Origin: Cyanidioschyzon merolae
Taxonomy: Eukaryota
Assembly (NCBI GenBank): GCA_000091205.1
Contig: AP006492.2
Direction: 5' to 3' (one strand)
Length of the DNA stretch: 64,000 bases
Shown here: piece by piece, positions 24,247 to 35,619 of the stretch
Numbering within the stretch: position 1 is the first letter of the stretch
Layout of the letters: each line of letters opens with the position of its first letter
Notes under the pieces: generated by a model
The model's input: the letters and a program-made list of their open reading frames with translations, nothing else
What the model was told of the DNA's origin: nothing
Databases searched by the model: none
Program-made: the position numbers and the translations under genes

Positions 24247-25590
24247 TCACGGCTTCGTCTCGATGAAAACATCGTTCTTCGCCGTGGCAGTCTCATACCA
24301 AGACAAAAGTTGAGAAAAGCGCTGCTCAGCTCGCACGACAACTTCCCTCAGGTTTGCCTCGAAAGGTTTGTCTCCGTGCGTGCCCAGTAGATCCTGATCT
24401 GATAGACCACACCCAGGAGATTTAACCTCGCCCAGGAAGACGTGATAAGGCTGTAATCGCTGCCACGCGTCTACCTTGTTCAAAAACGGTGTATGTGCGT
24501 CTGGCTGGAGAACTTTCACGTAATCTCTTGTAGGTGCCATCTCAAGTCGCCGACGCTTGTGAGCTAGCTCCGTATCGGAAGCGAAGATAGTGCACTTTGG
24601 GGTTCGAGGTAGATCTGACGGTTTTCGGTCTTGAAAAGGCATCAACAGCGCTTCGTCGAAAACTTGATCCAGACCTTGGCGCTCAGGCTCACGAAAGAGA
24701 CTCGCCAACTCAGCGCCATAATGAAGCGCTTTTCTTATGGCTACTCGAGTCTCTCCAATACGCTGCTCCGCTTCTTCGCGCCGGAGCTTTTGCAGCGCGA
24801 GCGATATGTCATTTAGTGTTAAGTCATCTCGCTCTATGTGCTCTGTAGGCCGCGGTTTTTGCTCGGCGGCAAAAGATTGCGGTACTTTGTGCAACCCCTG
24901 TGCGTCTTGAATACCTAGAGCCGCATCGAGTTCCTCAAGGGCGACTTTGCTCCGAATAACTTCTGTCTCTGCCTGGTGTTGGAGCGCGAATAGCGCCTGT
25001 CGCGCGCGAAATAGATCAACTTCGAGCTTCCGTCGCGCGCCTTCGAGCTCCTCAAGAGAAGCGCTAACACTTGTCGTTGTACCGGATCGTTTTGCTCGAA
25101 TAGTTAATGTAATAGCGGCCAACTGTTGTTCCCGTCTTCGCAGAAACTCCTCCAATTGACTCTGGTCCGCCCTAAGACGCTCCGCAGGCGACCGGGCCGC
25201 CTTCGTCACGAACTCGTTCACGCTCGGCTTTGAACTAGACGCGTCTCGTAAACGTCCACTACTCCCCGAGACTCCGTCTAGCCCCGAGGAAAACTCACCT
25301 CTGCCCAAACTTGACAGCCCTGGCGAAGGAGGCGACCATCTCGGATCCGTCATACCAGCCGGAGAGTCGAACATCACTTGATCGGCGCTCCTGATGAGGC
25401 GACGTCTGCTTCGAGGTGATTGTAGCGGTGCACCGGAGCGCCGCCTGATGCGCTCCGTCGTCGACGCAACTGATGTCACGTGACATGGCGCTACTGCTGC
25501 CGCTTTTTTTCGTTTGACAAAACGTACATTGACCATGGATCCCGGATTACGGGATAGATGTGCATTGACCTTCGGGGAAGCGTCCAGCAT
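24247..25590 (-). CDS. Hypothetical coiled-coil protein (447 aa) with a low-complexity S/R-rich N-terminus
   Basis: Uninterrupted ORF with a verified ATG start (atgctggacgct). Central heptad-rich region (LEELEGARRKLEVDLFRARQALFALQHQAETEV). No family recognised. Confidence 0.5.
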   Translation of the reverse strand: MLDASPKVNAHLSRNPGSMVNVRFVKRKKAAAVAPCHVTSVASTTERIRRRSGAPLQSPRSRRRLIRSADQVMFDSPAGMTDPRWSPPSPGLSSLGRGEFSSGLDGVSGSSGRLRDASSSKPSVNEFVTKAARSPAERLRADQSQLEEFLRRREQQLAAITLTIRAKRSGTTTSVSASLEELEGARRKLEVDLFRARQALFALQHQAETEVIRSKVALEELDAALGIQDAQGLHKVPQSFAAEQKPRPTEHIERDDLTLNDISLALQKLRREEAEQRIGETRVAIRKALHYGAELASLFREPERQGLDQVFDEALLMPFQDRKPSDLPRTPKCTIFASDTELAHKRRRLEMAPTRDYVKVLQPDAHTPFLNKVDAWQRLQPYHVFLGEVKSPGCGLSDQDLLGTHGDKPFEANLREVVVRAEQRFSQLLSWYETATAKNDVFIETKP

Positions 25591-26161
25591 GCTGCGCTAT
25601 ACTCACTCCCAAGTTCCACTACTTATACTTCCTTTCTTCTATAAAGCGCGCTTGATATGCGCTCCTTCATATCTGGCAGGTATAAGATACGGCGGGTATC
25701 TCGCCGTATGGGCGAATCGCAGTCCTGATCGTTCGCAGACTCGGCTGGAAACACGCGATGCCAAGTTCGGAGCGTACACTATTGCTGGTGGCCTTATTTT
25801 ATTCACGACAGTGGCATGGCATGGCGAGCTCAAGGAAGTAGCCCTAAAGTACAAACTGCATCTGCGTTGAAGTCGTAGCAAAGTATAGTTTTTCAGTTGA
25901 ATCGTGTCTCTACCCCGAAGTGAGTGTATTCAAATGATTTTTCGCGGTTTATAGCAGAAGCGATCAATGTGCGTTCATTTGCAAAAATAAATAAAAAGGA
26001 TAGTTATGGAAATGGAAGTGGAGGGTCCTCGAAACACCGGTATCGCCGGCTGGCGGGAGCGACGGAAACGAGTCCCGACCAAAGTGAGACAAGACAAGAC
26101 CAAGAAGTAAAAGAGGGAGGCGCGACGTCAAAGGCTGCAAGAAAGACGACACTGCGACGAG

Positions 26162-26797
26162 ATGGTGGTGAAAGCCTGTCTTCTTGGACATATCAACGAT
26201 CCGTACAAGCAAAAGTTGCTAGAGGCCGTCAGAAAGCTTGTCGAGTCGTACTCGATGAGTATGATAAGGGACTCTTCAGGACGAATGCATTTGATGAAGG
26301 AGATATATCTCGACGTTATGGACATCAAAACCGTCGAGGCTCTGGAAGAGTTTTTCAACAAGACTTTTATTCGTCACCTGATGCTTGGCACAGGGGAAAC
26401 GTCGAGGAAAAGTGAGCGAGTGCACGACCTCCGCGAAAACATCGCCGACTTCCGCTTCAACCGTACTCGATACAGGGGTGACTGGCGCATTTACGCATAC
26501 GGGGCGATGAAGCACTTCACGATCCTACAGAACCATGTGACCATGAACCTCGAACGTTTCTTGATACGCTCTGTCTTCGTGCCGTACCCGGGCCTGTCTT
26601 ACAAAGCGATATGGGCCATCATCGGGGGCATCACGAACGATCGACAGAAGGAACAGGATATCGAATTCTTCGACAAGAAGGCATCACACTGGAGCATGAA
26701 TGAAGCTTCTGTGAAACATGCCGCTATTCAAGAGCACCGTGCGATCTTGGGGCTCGACAACCCAGCAGCAAAGGGTATCAGTTATAATAATGGATGA
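26162..26797 (+). CDS. Hypothetical protein (211 aa), no recognised domain
   Basis: Uninterrupted ORF with a verified ATG start and non-repetitive composition. Confidence 0.35.
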   Translation: MVVKACLLGHINDPYKQKLLEAVRKLVESYSMSMIRDSSGRMHLMKEIYLDVMDIKTVEALEEFFNKTFIRHLMLGTGETSRKSERVHDLRENIADFRFNRTRYRGDWRIYAYGAMKHFTILQNHVTMNLERFLIRSVFVPYPGLSYKAIWAIIGGITNDRQKEQDIEFFDKKASHWSMNEASVKHAAIQEHRAILGLDNPAAKGISYNNG

Positions 26798-27925
26798 AGA
26801 CAGGTGTTATCCCATCATTCTGTGGTGTTTAGTGTTTCTGAATCGAGAACTCGAACGCAAGCGGAGATGGAGCAGAGTGTGCGAAAAATGAAGAGTCGTT
26901 GAAACTGAAGAGTTCCCTACTAGAAAAGCGCGTGAACGTCGTCCCGTTTTGGAACATCAAAAGACATTTTGTTCCAATCGACTCCGCAGCGCTCAATGGC
27001 AACATAAAGGAGATCACTCCGGAGTTCGATATACGGAATATAGAGTTCACCGGCGAAAACCAGGAGACGTACTGGAAGAATATCTTCGATTTGAAACGTA
27101 TCAAAACGAACAAAAAAACTATTCACCGGGATGATCGACACCGATAGAGTCTTCATTTGTGTTCATTATCGGCGCTTGAAAGCGGGCCGCCCTTGTACGT
27201 CTTCGATATCGCCCTCGGCGAAGCATGAAGATGTGAACGAGGCAGGTCCTGCGACGCGGGAAGTGCAGAAAAACGACTTTGTCATAGGCGCGGGCCCGGG
27301 AACATGAATATCGTTACCATCGCGGCACACAAAAATGGGGAAGATGGCATTGACGGTATCTCAAGTCAGAAAGACTTGGATCTTGTAAAGAGCTCAAGAG
27401 CAAGACATTACCGAGACTCGGGTTTAATGAATGCAAGGGCGAAATGTGAGACGTGCAGTGCAAGAGTGAAAGAGAATCTGGAAGCGATCAGCCAGGAGAC
27501 GAGTCGCGGAGCGGACTTAAGAGCTTTTCGGGAGTTCACGAAAATTTGCGTTGCTCATGACGAGGCGCTCTGGAACGAGTGTACAAAGCCCCAGTGGGCT
27601 CGTCTGCGTATGAATCTATACTGTGGGAAGCAGCGTGCATTCGCTAACGTTTTGAATCAGATGAGCGCCCTCAAGGGGGACAAGAGTCAGAGGCGTGTAA
27701 TAGCATACAGAGCAGGGCGCAGGGTGTCCAAAAAAGAAGCATACCTGCTCCACCGACAAGAGCGTCCAAGGAGTGCGCACACCGTTTTGTCACAATACCT
27801 ATAGATCAGTTCCGGACGTCCTATACACACCATGAGCTGGGATGTACACTTCAGAGGGTCGAGATAGTAAAGTGCCAGCGGAGCCATAAGGATATTGAAA
27901 ATGCGTAGTGCTGACGGAAGAGTAA

Positions 27926-28130
27926 AGGGGAAGAAGGGCGAAAGTTGGAGGATTGCTTGCACTGGTGCGTACAACCAACGACGGCAAGAAACGCATGGAG
28001 CTTGTGAATCATGACTTTAATGCCGCCGTCTATGACAGGAGATGTGCAGTGCTAAAAACAAGACCGGCGGAGTTGACGCGAACGAAATTCGTGGAGCAGC
28101 CTTTCATACTCTATGTGTAAAACAAGCTGA
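27926..28130 (+). pseudogene. Copy F2 of the F repeat, with a TAA where F1 has Cys (pseudogene fragment)
   Basis: See F1. The in-frame stop at GRRAKVG marks the 5' boundary and TAA replaces TGC at the 3' end. Confidence 0.5.
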
Positions 28131-28245
28131 AACCCATAACAGGCGGCCGGTAGATAGAGTTCGGGAGGCAGCTTCGAGTCAGTGAATATATGTCCTCTAT
28201 GGTCGCGAAACGTTTTCGCTCCTTTGATCACCTTGCTGGTTGTCA

Positions 28246-29322
28246 ATGTGGCTTCAGTATGTTGCCCGTCATACCTTGCAGAACAAACCGTTTGCTGACG
28301 TTTTCCGTAACGACTTGAAAACACAAGGTTTGTCGCGGAAATCCGGCCTAGGTTCGCTGAGGACTTGGTGCTGTTGTGGCTACGCGAATGAGCGGCGGCG
28401 CTTCCTCTGGAGTCTGGGGTGCTTCCTCACGTTCTCGTGTGCCTCTGGTGTACTGGGGGCCCACGGAGGTGAGGCTTCTGGTTCAGCTACGAAATCGTCG
28501 AGGCCGCTTTACGACCAGTGGGCAAGCACCTACGACGCACTGAATGATAGAAACTGCATTACAAAGCTCAGTGGGTTGGACAAAGCACGCGAGCTCGCAA
28601 TATCTTACACTTTTGGCCGAGTGTTAGAGATTGGCTTTGGAACGGGTATATCTCTTCGCTCTTTCATCCAAAGGGAGAAAGACCACCAGAGTCAGGCGTC
28701 GCGCCCACTAAAACCGCTCGTTCAGTCTATTGTTGGTCTCGATGCAAGTTCGGAAATGCTGCAGACAGCCCGGGAACGCGCTTACCATCTCGATGAAGAC
28801 CTACCGTTCGAACTGCGATTAGTGCATGCGGACTTGCTTGCGGCGCTACCATTTGAAGAGGAGGCCTTCGACTGTGTGCTTTGCGCGTATACGCTTTGCA
28901 CCATGCCGGACCTCGATGCAGCACTTCGGACTGCTTTGAGACTCGTCCGCCCTGGCGGACGGCTCATCCTTCTTGACCATGTTCGCTCGAATGCGAAACT
29001 TATTGCAGCATATCAGGATGTGGTGGCGCCTCTCGTCCAGAGAACAGCCAAAGACTGTCGATGGAATCGTGACCTCGAGCGCGCCCTAGACGAGAATCTA
29101 GAAGGGAGTTATCATATTCTGGAAAGTCGTCGTTTCCTAGGTGGTACCGTCGAGCTCTTGGTTGCAGAGCGGTTGGGCGCACATGACCAAAATCGGCTTT
29201 TTCGACGTGAGCCGAGCGCTGCGGATGCTTGGCAATCATGTGTGGACTCACGGAGGTGCTCGGGGCCGGCTTCACGAAATGTCGGTCACGATCCTGGGCT
29301 AGACAGCGTATTGGAATCTTAA
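28246..29322 (+). CDS. Class I SAM-dependent methyltransferase (Methyltransf_11/UbiE-COQ5-like) with an N-terminal hydrophobic anchor or presequence
   Basis: Motif I is VLEIGFGTGISL. The post-I acidic residue is VGLDASSEMLQTA. Motif III is LVRPGGRLILLDH. The hydrophobic stretch is FLWSLGCFLTFSCASGVLGA. First ATG is at 28246; the track starts at a TTG at 28240. Confidence 0.7.
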   Translation: MWLQYVARHTLQNKPFADVFRNDLKTQGLSRKSGLGSLRTWCCCGYANERRRFLWSLGCFLTFSCASGVLGAHGGEASGSATKSSRPLYDQWASTYDALNDRNCITKLSGLDKARELAISYTFGRVLEIGFGTGISLRSFIQREKDHQSQASRPLKPLVQSIVGLDASSEMLQTARERAYHLDEDLPFELRLVHADLLAALPFEEEAFDCVLCAYTLCTMPDLDAALRTALRLVRPGGRLILLDHVRSNAKLIAAYQDVVAPLVQRTAKDCRWNRDLERALDENLEGSYHILESRRFLGGTVELLVAERLGAHDQNRLFRREPSAADAWQSCVDSRRCSGPASRNVGHDPGLDSVLES

Positions 29323-29370
29323 CTAGCCTCAATAAATACTACTGAACGTCAGAATATTACGCACATTGGT

Positions 29371-30441
29371 TTACGAATGCGATATGGCGTATGTGAGGAG
29401 TTCCTCCTGCTCCGCGACAATAACTCGATACCAGTCGAGCTGATGACGCAGCCAATCACATTCGCGCGTGAGTCTTTCGAACTCTATCGCCGTATCTACG
29501 TTCCGATCAATCTCTTTGAAATTGTTCGCGGATTGTTGAAGTCGTCCAACCGTCTTGGCCTTGTGTGCTTTCGGAGAAAACGGGGGATGCCTCTCTGCAG
29601 GAGAGCTGGTATGCGGTTCCCTCGCTGGGCTAGGCTGACTCGCTTTCCGTTTCGCACGATACTGTTGTCGCTGTTTTGTCGCAGAGCAAAAAGGAACCGA
29701 TGGTGCCTTCGCGATGGCGCTCTGCATATCTGAATTTTGTTGCGTAGTGGCGTAGTGCACTGTATTGGTTGTGGCTAGATCATACCTGTTTGTCGCCCGG
29801 TGCGGTACGCTGGATGGCCTCGCACGATCATCACAGTTACGGTTACTTACGCTATGTGTCCTATCAATGAAGCTCCTCAAGTGGTGGATTTCCGACTGAA
29901 GCTGCCGTGACTGACTTTCTGCTTTCAACTTTTTATCCGATAGCTCTGCGTTTTGCCTTCGGAGCGCTTCCACCTGACTCCGGCCTTCCTCTATCAATCT
30001 ACGCATCTGCTCGCGCTCTTTTTCAAATATTTGGCCTGTCTTGGCAAGTTCTGTGCGGACCTGTAGTTTTTCCTCCCGAAGTCGCTCGAGTGTTCCCTGC
30101 TGTGTGTCCAGCTCTGCACGAAGTGCCCGCACCTGTGCGTCATAGTACTGTGCCGTGAGCGGCTGCTCTCTTATTTGATTAATTAGCGCGAATATTACAT
30201 TTAGAGCCTCCGCAAGGGCATATTCAGTAGCTGGTGGTTTTTGAAGCTTCCCTGTCTGAGGTCCTTCGTCGGAATTACGCTCAGCAAGGGGTTGTCTCCG
30301 CTCCGAAAGCTCCGCTTGTTCTGGAGGCAGAATAAGCCTTGGCGCTATTCCTATGCTCGTTAACTCTTCGTTCAGAAAGTTGATACAGGATCGAATAGAG
30401 TTCACGGAGCAAAAGCGGCTTCGGTCGCTATTCGAGGTCAT
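29371..30441 (-). CDS. Hypothetical coiled-coil protein (first ATG used; the track begins at a GTG at 30585)
   Basis: Long heptad region (LRAELDTQQGTLERLREEKLQVRTELAKTGQIFEKEREQMRRLIEEGRSQVEALRRQNAELSDKKLKAESQSRQLQSEIHHLR). ATG verified at 30439-30441. Confidence 0.45.
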   Translation of the reverse strand: MTSNSDRSRFCSVNSIRSCINFLNEELTSIGIAPRLILPPEQAELSERRQPLAERNSDEGPQTGKLQKPPATEYALAEALNVIFALINQIREQPLTAQYYDAQVRALRAELDTQQGTLERLREEKLQVRTELAKTGQIFEKEREQMRRLIEEGRSQVEALRRQNAELSDKKLKAESQSRQLQSEIHHLRSFIDRTHSVSNRNCDDRARPSSVPHRATNRYDLATTNTVHYATTQQNSDMQSAIAKAPSVPFCSATKQRQQYRAKRKASQPSPAREPHTSSPAERHPPFSPKAHKAKTVGRLQQSANNFKEIDRNVDTAIEFERLTRECDWLRHQLDWYRVIVAEQEELLTYAISHS

Positions 30442-30779
30442 TAGTGTCTTGCGAGAACGTCGATAGCGTTTAATCCCCCGATTCGAGGCTAGCAGTCCGA
30501 CGGCCGTCGAGCGGCATTGCGGATCGCAACGGTTTTCGCGTGCCCGGATGCCGTCGCTCTGCGCTACGGAAACGCTTGCGATCACAGGCCGCCCTACTCC
30601 GGAGAGTTTACGACAGCATCAGTATGAAATGGAACGGGTCTTCGTTGTGAACTCGCACCTTCACACTAAAATTCGGAACTCTTCCCACTTCCATGAACAG
30701 CAATCTCTTGGGGATGTTCTAGATACTGCGACCTGTTCCTCGTTCTCTTATGTCCGGCTTTACAAACGAACGTCTCTTT

Positions 30780-31600
30780 CCTTTCCAACGAGCTCTCTTG
30801 TCAGCAGTCGAAGGACGTTGACGACAGCGCTCGGTTCCAGATTTAGCGGCTTCTGGCTTTTCTCTTCGCAGCTGTTTCACAGATAGAAGTTTTGATCTGA
30901 GCTCTGCTTCCCACGTTCAACATTTTTGCATACAGCCTCGGTACACGCCTTGCTGCAGTAATACTTAACTGTGATCAGGTGTTTCCGCACGTCCACCAGG
31001 TCTTCTCCTCCGAGCTCCGCGCTGTCACGTCCGAAGGTTTCCTTCATCGCTCGGTACCTGACCATGACGGGTTCAGAGGGATCCCCCTGGGCGCCTTCTT
31101 CTGTTCCCGCGCTCGGTGCCGTCGACTGCGAACACGGGCCTCTTTCAGATGATCCACTCGAAAAGTACCCCGTCTACCGCACACTCCGGTGCATGCTGTC
31201 CGTCCGATACACAGGATTTGCGGAACACGATGCTGTTCAAGATGAAAAAAAAGTACCGGAACGAACGTCGGCTATGTTCCAAGGTCGAGAGATATCTATC
31301 CATCGGTGTAACCGTCGTGCGAAGCGATAATGCGATCTCCACTGGGAGCGATTGCTGGAATAACCGAATTCCGAGCACGAGTCCCTTTTCAGTGCAAGTA
31401 GAAGAGACGGGAGCCTCTGGAAGCGAATCCCAGGAGGCATATCAAGCCGCTGCTGAATGCCGTTTCCTCGATAGCCATGGAATAACGAGACAATGTCATT
31501 CGAAGGGACTCTATTTTTCACGTAAAAATTTCGGAGAAATTTTGATCAGTGCTTGCGAACAAGTCGTAAAATGTCGATGAAGTATGTTTTGCCTTGTCCA
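30780..31600 (-). repeat. Copy D (partial) of the decayed element family
   Basis: gtcagcagtcgaaggacgttgacgacagcgc matches C's gtcagcagtcgaaggatattgatgacagcgc. ALGAVDCEHGPLSDDPLEKYPVYR matches C's APGAVPSDHGFLQDNPVEKYSVRY. YYCSKACTEAVCKNVERGKQ matches C's AKCHWCEGRSEGVYKEDETGR. Confidence 0.5.
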
Positions 31601-32466
31601 AACAGCAACCTGAATCGCTATGCCAAGGAGATGGTGTCAAACGAACGATCAAATCCTTGAGAAACGCGTGACCGGAGCGTACTACATGCGAGCTTAGGTG
31701 ACGCGTAGAGCCTTTTGCCTGAAAGCTGCTACATGATATCGGCTATTTTACGAATCCGGACTTGAGGGCGTCGCGAATGATCTTTATGACGATCATGCGA
31801 CGAATTTAAAATTGAAGCATCGAAGGAACCGTTCCGAAAAGACGAGCGAGCATCCTGAATTACGTATGAATCCGTAATTCATTATTCCTGGACATCCAAT
31901 ATCAAGGCTAAACACCTGAAAATTCCGGAAAGAAACAGAGCTGCCGGAACAGAGCGAGTAATTCAGGGTTCTATTTTTATCTGAGATGGTTGAAAATCGT
32001 CGCTGGTGTGTACTGCGAGTACATGCAAGATCCCGTACAGCGTCCTCGGCGACATCTCGGGCGTTTCGCAGGCGCTAATATGCTGGAGCCCGCGTCCACC
32101 AAGCAGGTCCCTCGGAAGGACCTCCTTTCCATATCCGCATAGAGAAAAAGGCACCGCGGAACGTGGAGGCATCCACCAAATCGAAAAGATTGAAGTCCCT
32201 GTGGCTTCCTGCGTTCGCCTGCCCGAGCTGGGTTCTGCTTCGATTAGGCGATCCTGTCTGGTGCAAGACTGCAGTGTTTTGCAATCGCTAGGCGCAAGAG
32301 ATATATGCCGTGGAATCGTTGATACGAGCAAGGAATTACCTTTTGCTTGAAGCTTATCGGCATGCGGGGACGCCTCCACACAGGCATTAGTACGCCTGCG
32401 ATGTTTATTTGGGTGCAGGATCTTTTACAATAGAAGCGGATTCCCTTTTGCGTGAAGGTCATCTGC

Positions 32467-34467
32467 ATGAAAGGCAGCGTCCAAGCACGCATTGATGTGC
32501 CGCAAGACAGAGGCGCGCGCACATCAGTTGCTGCAGATCGGCGACTCGACCAAGAGGCGCGGCTTCTTGCGGATGGGTTACTTACGGCAGACGTCGAACT
32601 CCGATACAGAGTTCGGCAGATGAGCTCCAAAGAAAAACCAGGTTCCTCGCTAAGCAAACCTAACCCTAGAGAGAAAGAGAGACCTCCCGTTGCAACGAAT
32701 GAGGAAGGCTTTGCGACTCCGATTTCACGCAAGCTTCTGCACGAACCTGCAGTTGTTCGAGTAGAGCTGTTGCAGACGCGAACCCCTGTGGAGGGGTGTG
32801 AACTGACACCTTTTGTTCTTCTTAAGGACTTGAACGGTGATCAGCGCACAGCAGAAGCTATGGAAACGCGAACGAAAGGGGTCTTAGCAGCACAGTACCG
32901 TTGGTATCGTCGGGAGTACCGGTTTGTGTGCGCGAAGACGGGTTTGCCGGCCCAGTTTGAGTGCCTGGAGCTTGGACGTGTCCGTACTGAGCTGGAACGC
33001 CTAGGAGATACATCCGTTGCTAATATAGCAGGACTCGCGTATTTTCACCAAAGTACTGAGATCATAGATATATGGTCAACGTTTCGGGAACTCTGGCGGA
33101 GAGTTCGTGTTTTACAGCAACAAAAGGAGGCCCGCAGAGAGCCCGCGCTTCGCAACAAAAATGCATTACGCATCGACCAGAGCAGAGACGAAGCCTTGGT
33201 GTGCGAGATTCCGCCGGAAAATGACTCGAAGTTGGTGGAATGTGGTTTTGTGCGGAACTATGCCCCCACTATGGTTGACATCGGGAGGACTCTTGTACTC
33301 GAGTGTCGATATATCTGGAAAGTGCCCAATGAGGAGATCCGTATCGGTCCGCCAGTTTACTTTGAAACTCTACCGGTCATACCGTTTCCACCACCGCCTC
33401 CGGAGAGGCGCATGTTTCTGGTTGCCGACACAAACTGTGATTACTCCGTCAAGGATCGCGTCTGCAGTGGTGAACCGAACTGCTTCCCTTTGCGCCTGCT
33501 ATCATACAATTGCTTGGCAGAGATATACGCGAATTCAGACCTCTACTCATATTGCCCAGACTGGGCGCTGTCTTGGAATTATCGCCGACGGAATCTGCTG
33601 CGGGAAATTCTGAGCCTTGAGGCTGATGTGGTTTGCTTGCAGGAGATCCAGGCGGATCACTTTGAAGAGCATTTCAACCCAGCAATGCGTCGCGCTGGCT
33701 ACGAGGGAATATACAAAGCGAAGATGCGAGAGTCCATGGGGCGTAAGGGCAAAGTCGATGGATGTGCAACATTTTACCGTCGGGATCGCTTTCAACTTAT
33801 TGAGAAACACGAGATTGAGTACAGTACGGTAGCCCGCGAAAAGGTGAAAGAAAAACGTCTACTCAATCGACTTATGAAAGACAATGTTGCTTTGCTTGTT
33901 GTTCTCGAGGATACTGCAACAAACAGCAGAGTCTGTGTCGCGAACACGCATATTTTCTGGGATCCTGACCAAACGGATGTCAAACTTTTTCAAGTAGATA
34001 CTTTTCTGCAAGAGGCGGAACGTTACATTGGGCCTCGCAACCTTCCGCTTCTCATCGCAGGCGATTTCAACTCGCTTCCTGAGAGTTCTATATATGAACT
34101 GGTAGTAGGAAACGAAGTCAGCGGTCAACGACCAGATGTTATTGATGGGATGCTTGAAATATTGAAAATTTCTCCATGTCAACATAACATGTTGCTTCGA
34201 TCCGTGTACGGTCTAGGAGGCGAGTTCACGGAGCCTGCATATACGAACTATACTGGACACTTTGTTGGGACCCTAGATTTCATCTTTTTTACTCCTGACA
34301 AGATCGTGCCGGTTGGAACGCTTGAGATCCTCGATGAGGCGCGGTTACTTGGGGAAGAATATACCGCGCTCCCGAATCCGCGCTGGTCCTCGGATCATAT
34401 CTCGATCATGGCGGACTTTGACATCCGCGTGCTTCATCCGGGGCAAAGCACAGCCTCGTGGGCCTGA
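32467..34467 (+). CDS. CCR4/nocturnin/PDE12-family deadenylase (C-terminal endonuclease-exonuclease-phosphatase domain). There is no LRR at the N-terminus
   Basis: LRLLSYNCLAEIYANSDLYSYCPDWALSWNYRRRNLLREILSLEADVVCLQEIQ, GKVDGCATFYRRDRFQLIEKHEIEY and CVANTHIFWDP...LLIAGDFNSLPES are the catalytic EEP motifs. First ATG is at 32467, with an in-frame TAG upstream of the track's GTG start. Confidence 0.8.
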   Translation: MKGSVQARIDVPQDRGARTSVAADRRLDQEARLLADGLLTADVELRYRVRQMSSKEKPGSSLSKPNPREKERPPVATNEEGFATPISRKLLHEPAVVRVELLQTRTPVEGCELTPFVLLKDLNGDQRTAEAMETRTKGVLAAQYRWYRREYRFVCAKTGLPAQFECLELGRVRTELERLGDTSVANIAGLAYFHQSTEIIDIWSTFRELWRRVRVLQQQKEARREPALRNKNALRIDQSRDEALVCEIPPENDSKLVECGFVRNYAPTMVDIGRTLVLECRYIWKVPNEEIRIGPPVYFETLPVIPFPPPPPERRMFLVADTNCDYSVKDRVCSGEPNCFPLRLLSYNCLAEIYANSDLYSYCPDWALSWNYRRRNLLREILSLEADVVCLQEIQADHFEEHFNPAMRRAGYEGIYKAKMRESMGRKGKVDGCATFYRRDRFQLIEKHEIEYSTVAREKVKEKRLLNRLMKDNVALLVVLEDTATNSRVCVANTHIFWDPDQTDVKLFQVDTFLQEAERYIGPRNLPLLIAGDFNSLPESSIYELVVGNEVSGQRPDVIDGMLEILKISPCQHNMLLRSVYGLGGEFTEPAYTNYTGHFVGTLDFIFFTPDKIVPVGTLEILDEARLLGEEYTALPNPRWSSDHISIMADFDIRVLHPGQSTASWA

Positions 34468-35619
34468 GCAAGATGTTTAAGCCAATGGCAAGTGTGGGTC
34501 CTCGAAACTCCACCTCAAGCTAGGTTTTGGCACAGCGTCGTGACTGCACCGGGGAGCCGTTGCTGCAATAAAGAGAGTGCGGCAATATCAGTCGTGGATT
34601 CCGGAAGCGGGGGCGCTTCTTTCATCTGGCAACAGTAAGGATTGTATTGGACGCAGACGCGAGTGCACAAGGTCAAAAAGTTTAAGACTTTATGAGCACG
34701 AGCCTGCGGAAGTGTGAGCCCAGAAACTGTAGAGTAGCTGTAGGACCTTACGCTTCGAGGCAGCCTCGGCTACACTTTCCCATGAGCTTCAACTGGAACT
34801 TGCCTGCTCTGTGGACCTTGTACAAGGAGACAATACCTTGGAGTTTCCCGAAAATCTGCACGATTTCGGTGGGAGCTGAATACTCATCAGAAGAACGAAT
34901 AAACGCAGCTCCCTCATTCACTGAAACTGGCTGGTATACCAAGCCCAAGAGATGCAAAAGGGCGCACTCCGAGCCGAAAGTCTGAATAGTCTGTGAAACG
35001 CCAACGCAAGTCTTCGCGGAGCCTCTGCCGCACTCCAGCCGTGTTCGATGTTGACCAGAGTGCTTAAAGGCTGCTGAGCGCCCCTGTGAAAATAGTAAAA
35101 ACGCTTGTTCTTGCACTGCTCAGCTGCAGGCGCAATCTACTGCACAAGCCTCATGCTTCCGACCAAACGCATTCTTTAGCAGTTGTGCACGAAATACAGT
35201 GCCAGCAGGCCACTGAGCATACCTGCGAAAACTTCAAAAAGCTTCTGTGTGCGCTGGTCTACAGCAGAAGCTATCAATCCAAGCACACACCTCTTACATT
35301 AGCTCTAAACTCAAAGTTCCGCAACCGTGAAAAAGCTCAGCAAACGCTGAGTTTTCAATACACCCACGAAGTTTGCTCGTAACAGGTGCAAAACTATACT
35401 AGAGCAGTCCGCACTGGCCTGCTCCACGTGTGCTCTGGTAGCAGCACCTAAAACTTCGCCTCTTCGACAAGCCCGCGCTCCGAATGCATTCGACCCAGCA
35501 TCACGGGTTTCATTGCACAAACAGTGTGCTTTCGAGCCTCGTGACACTTTTGCCTCATCAGCTAGAGGCAACCGGTCTGGACGTGAAAAACCTTTGCAAC
35601 TTTTCAACAGCACAAACTT

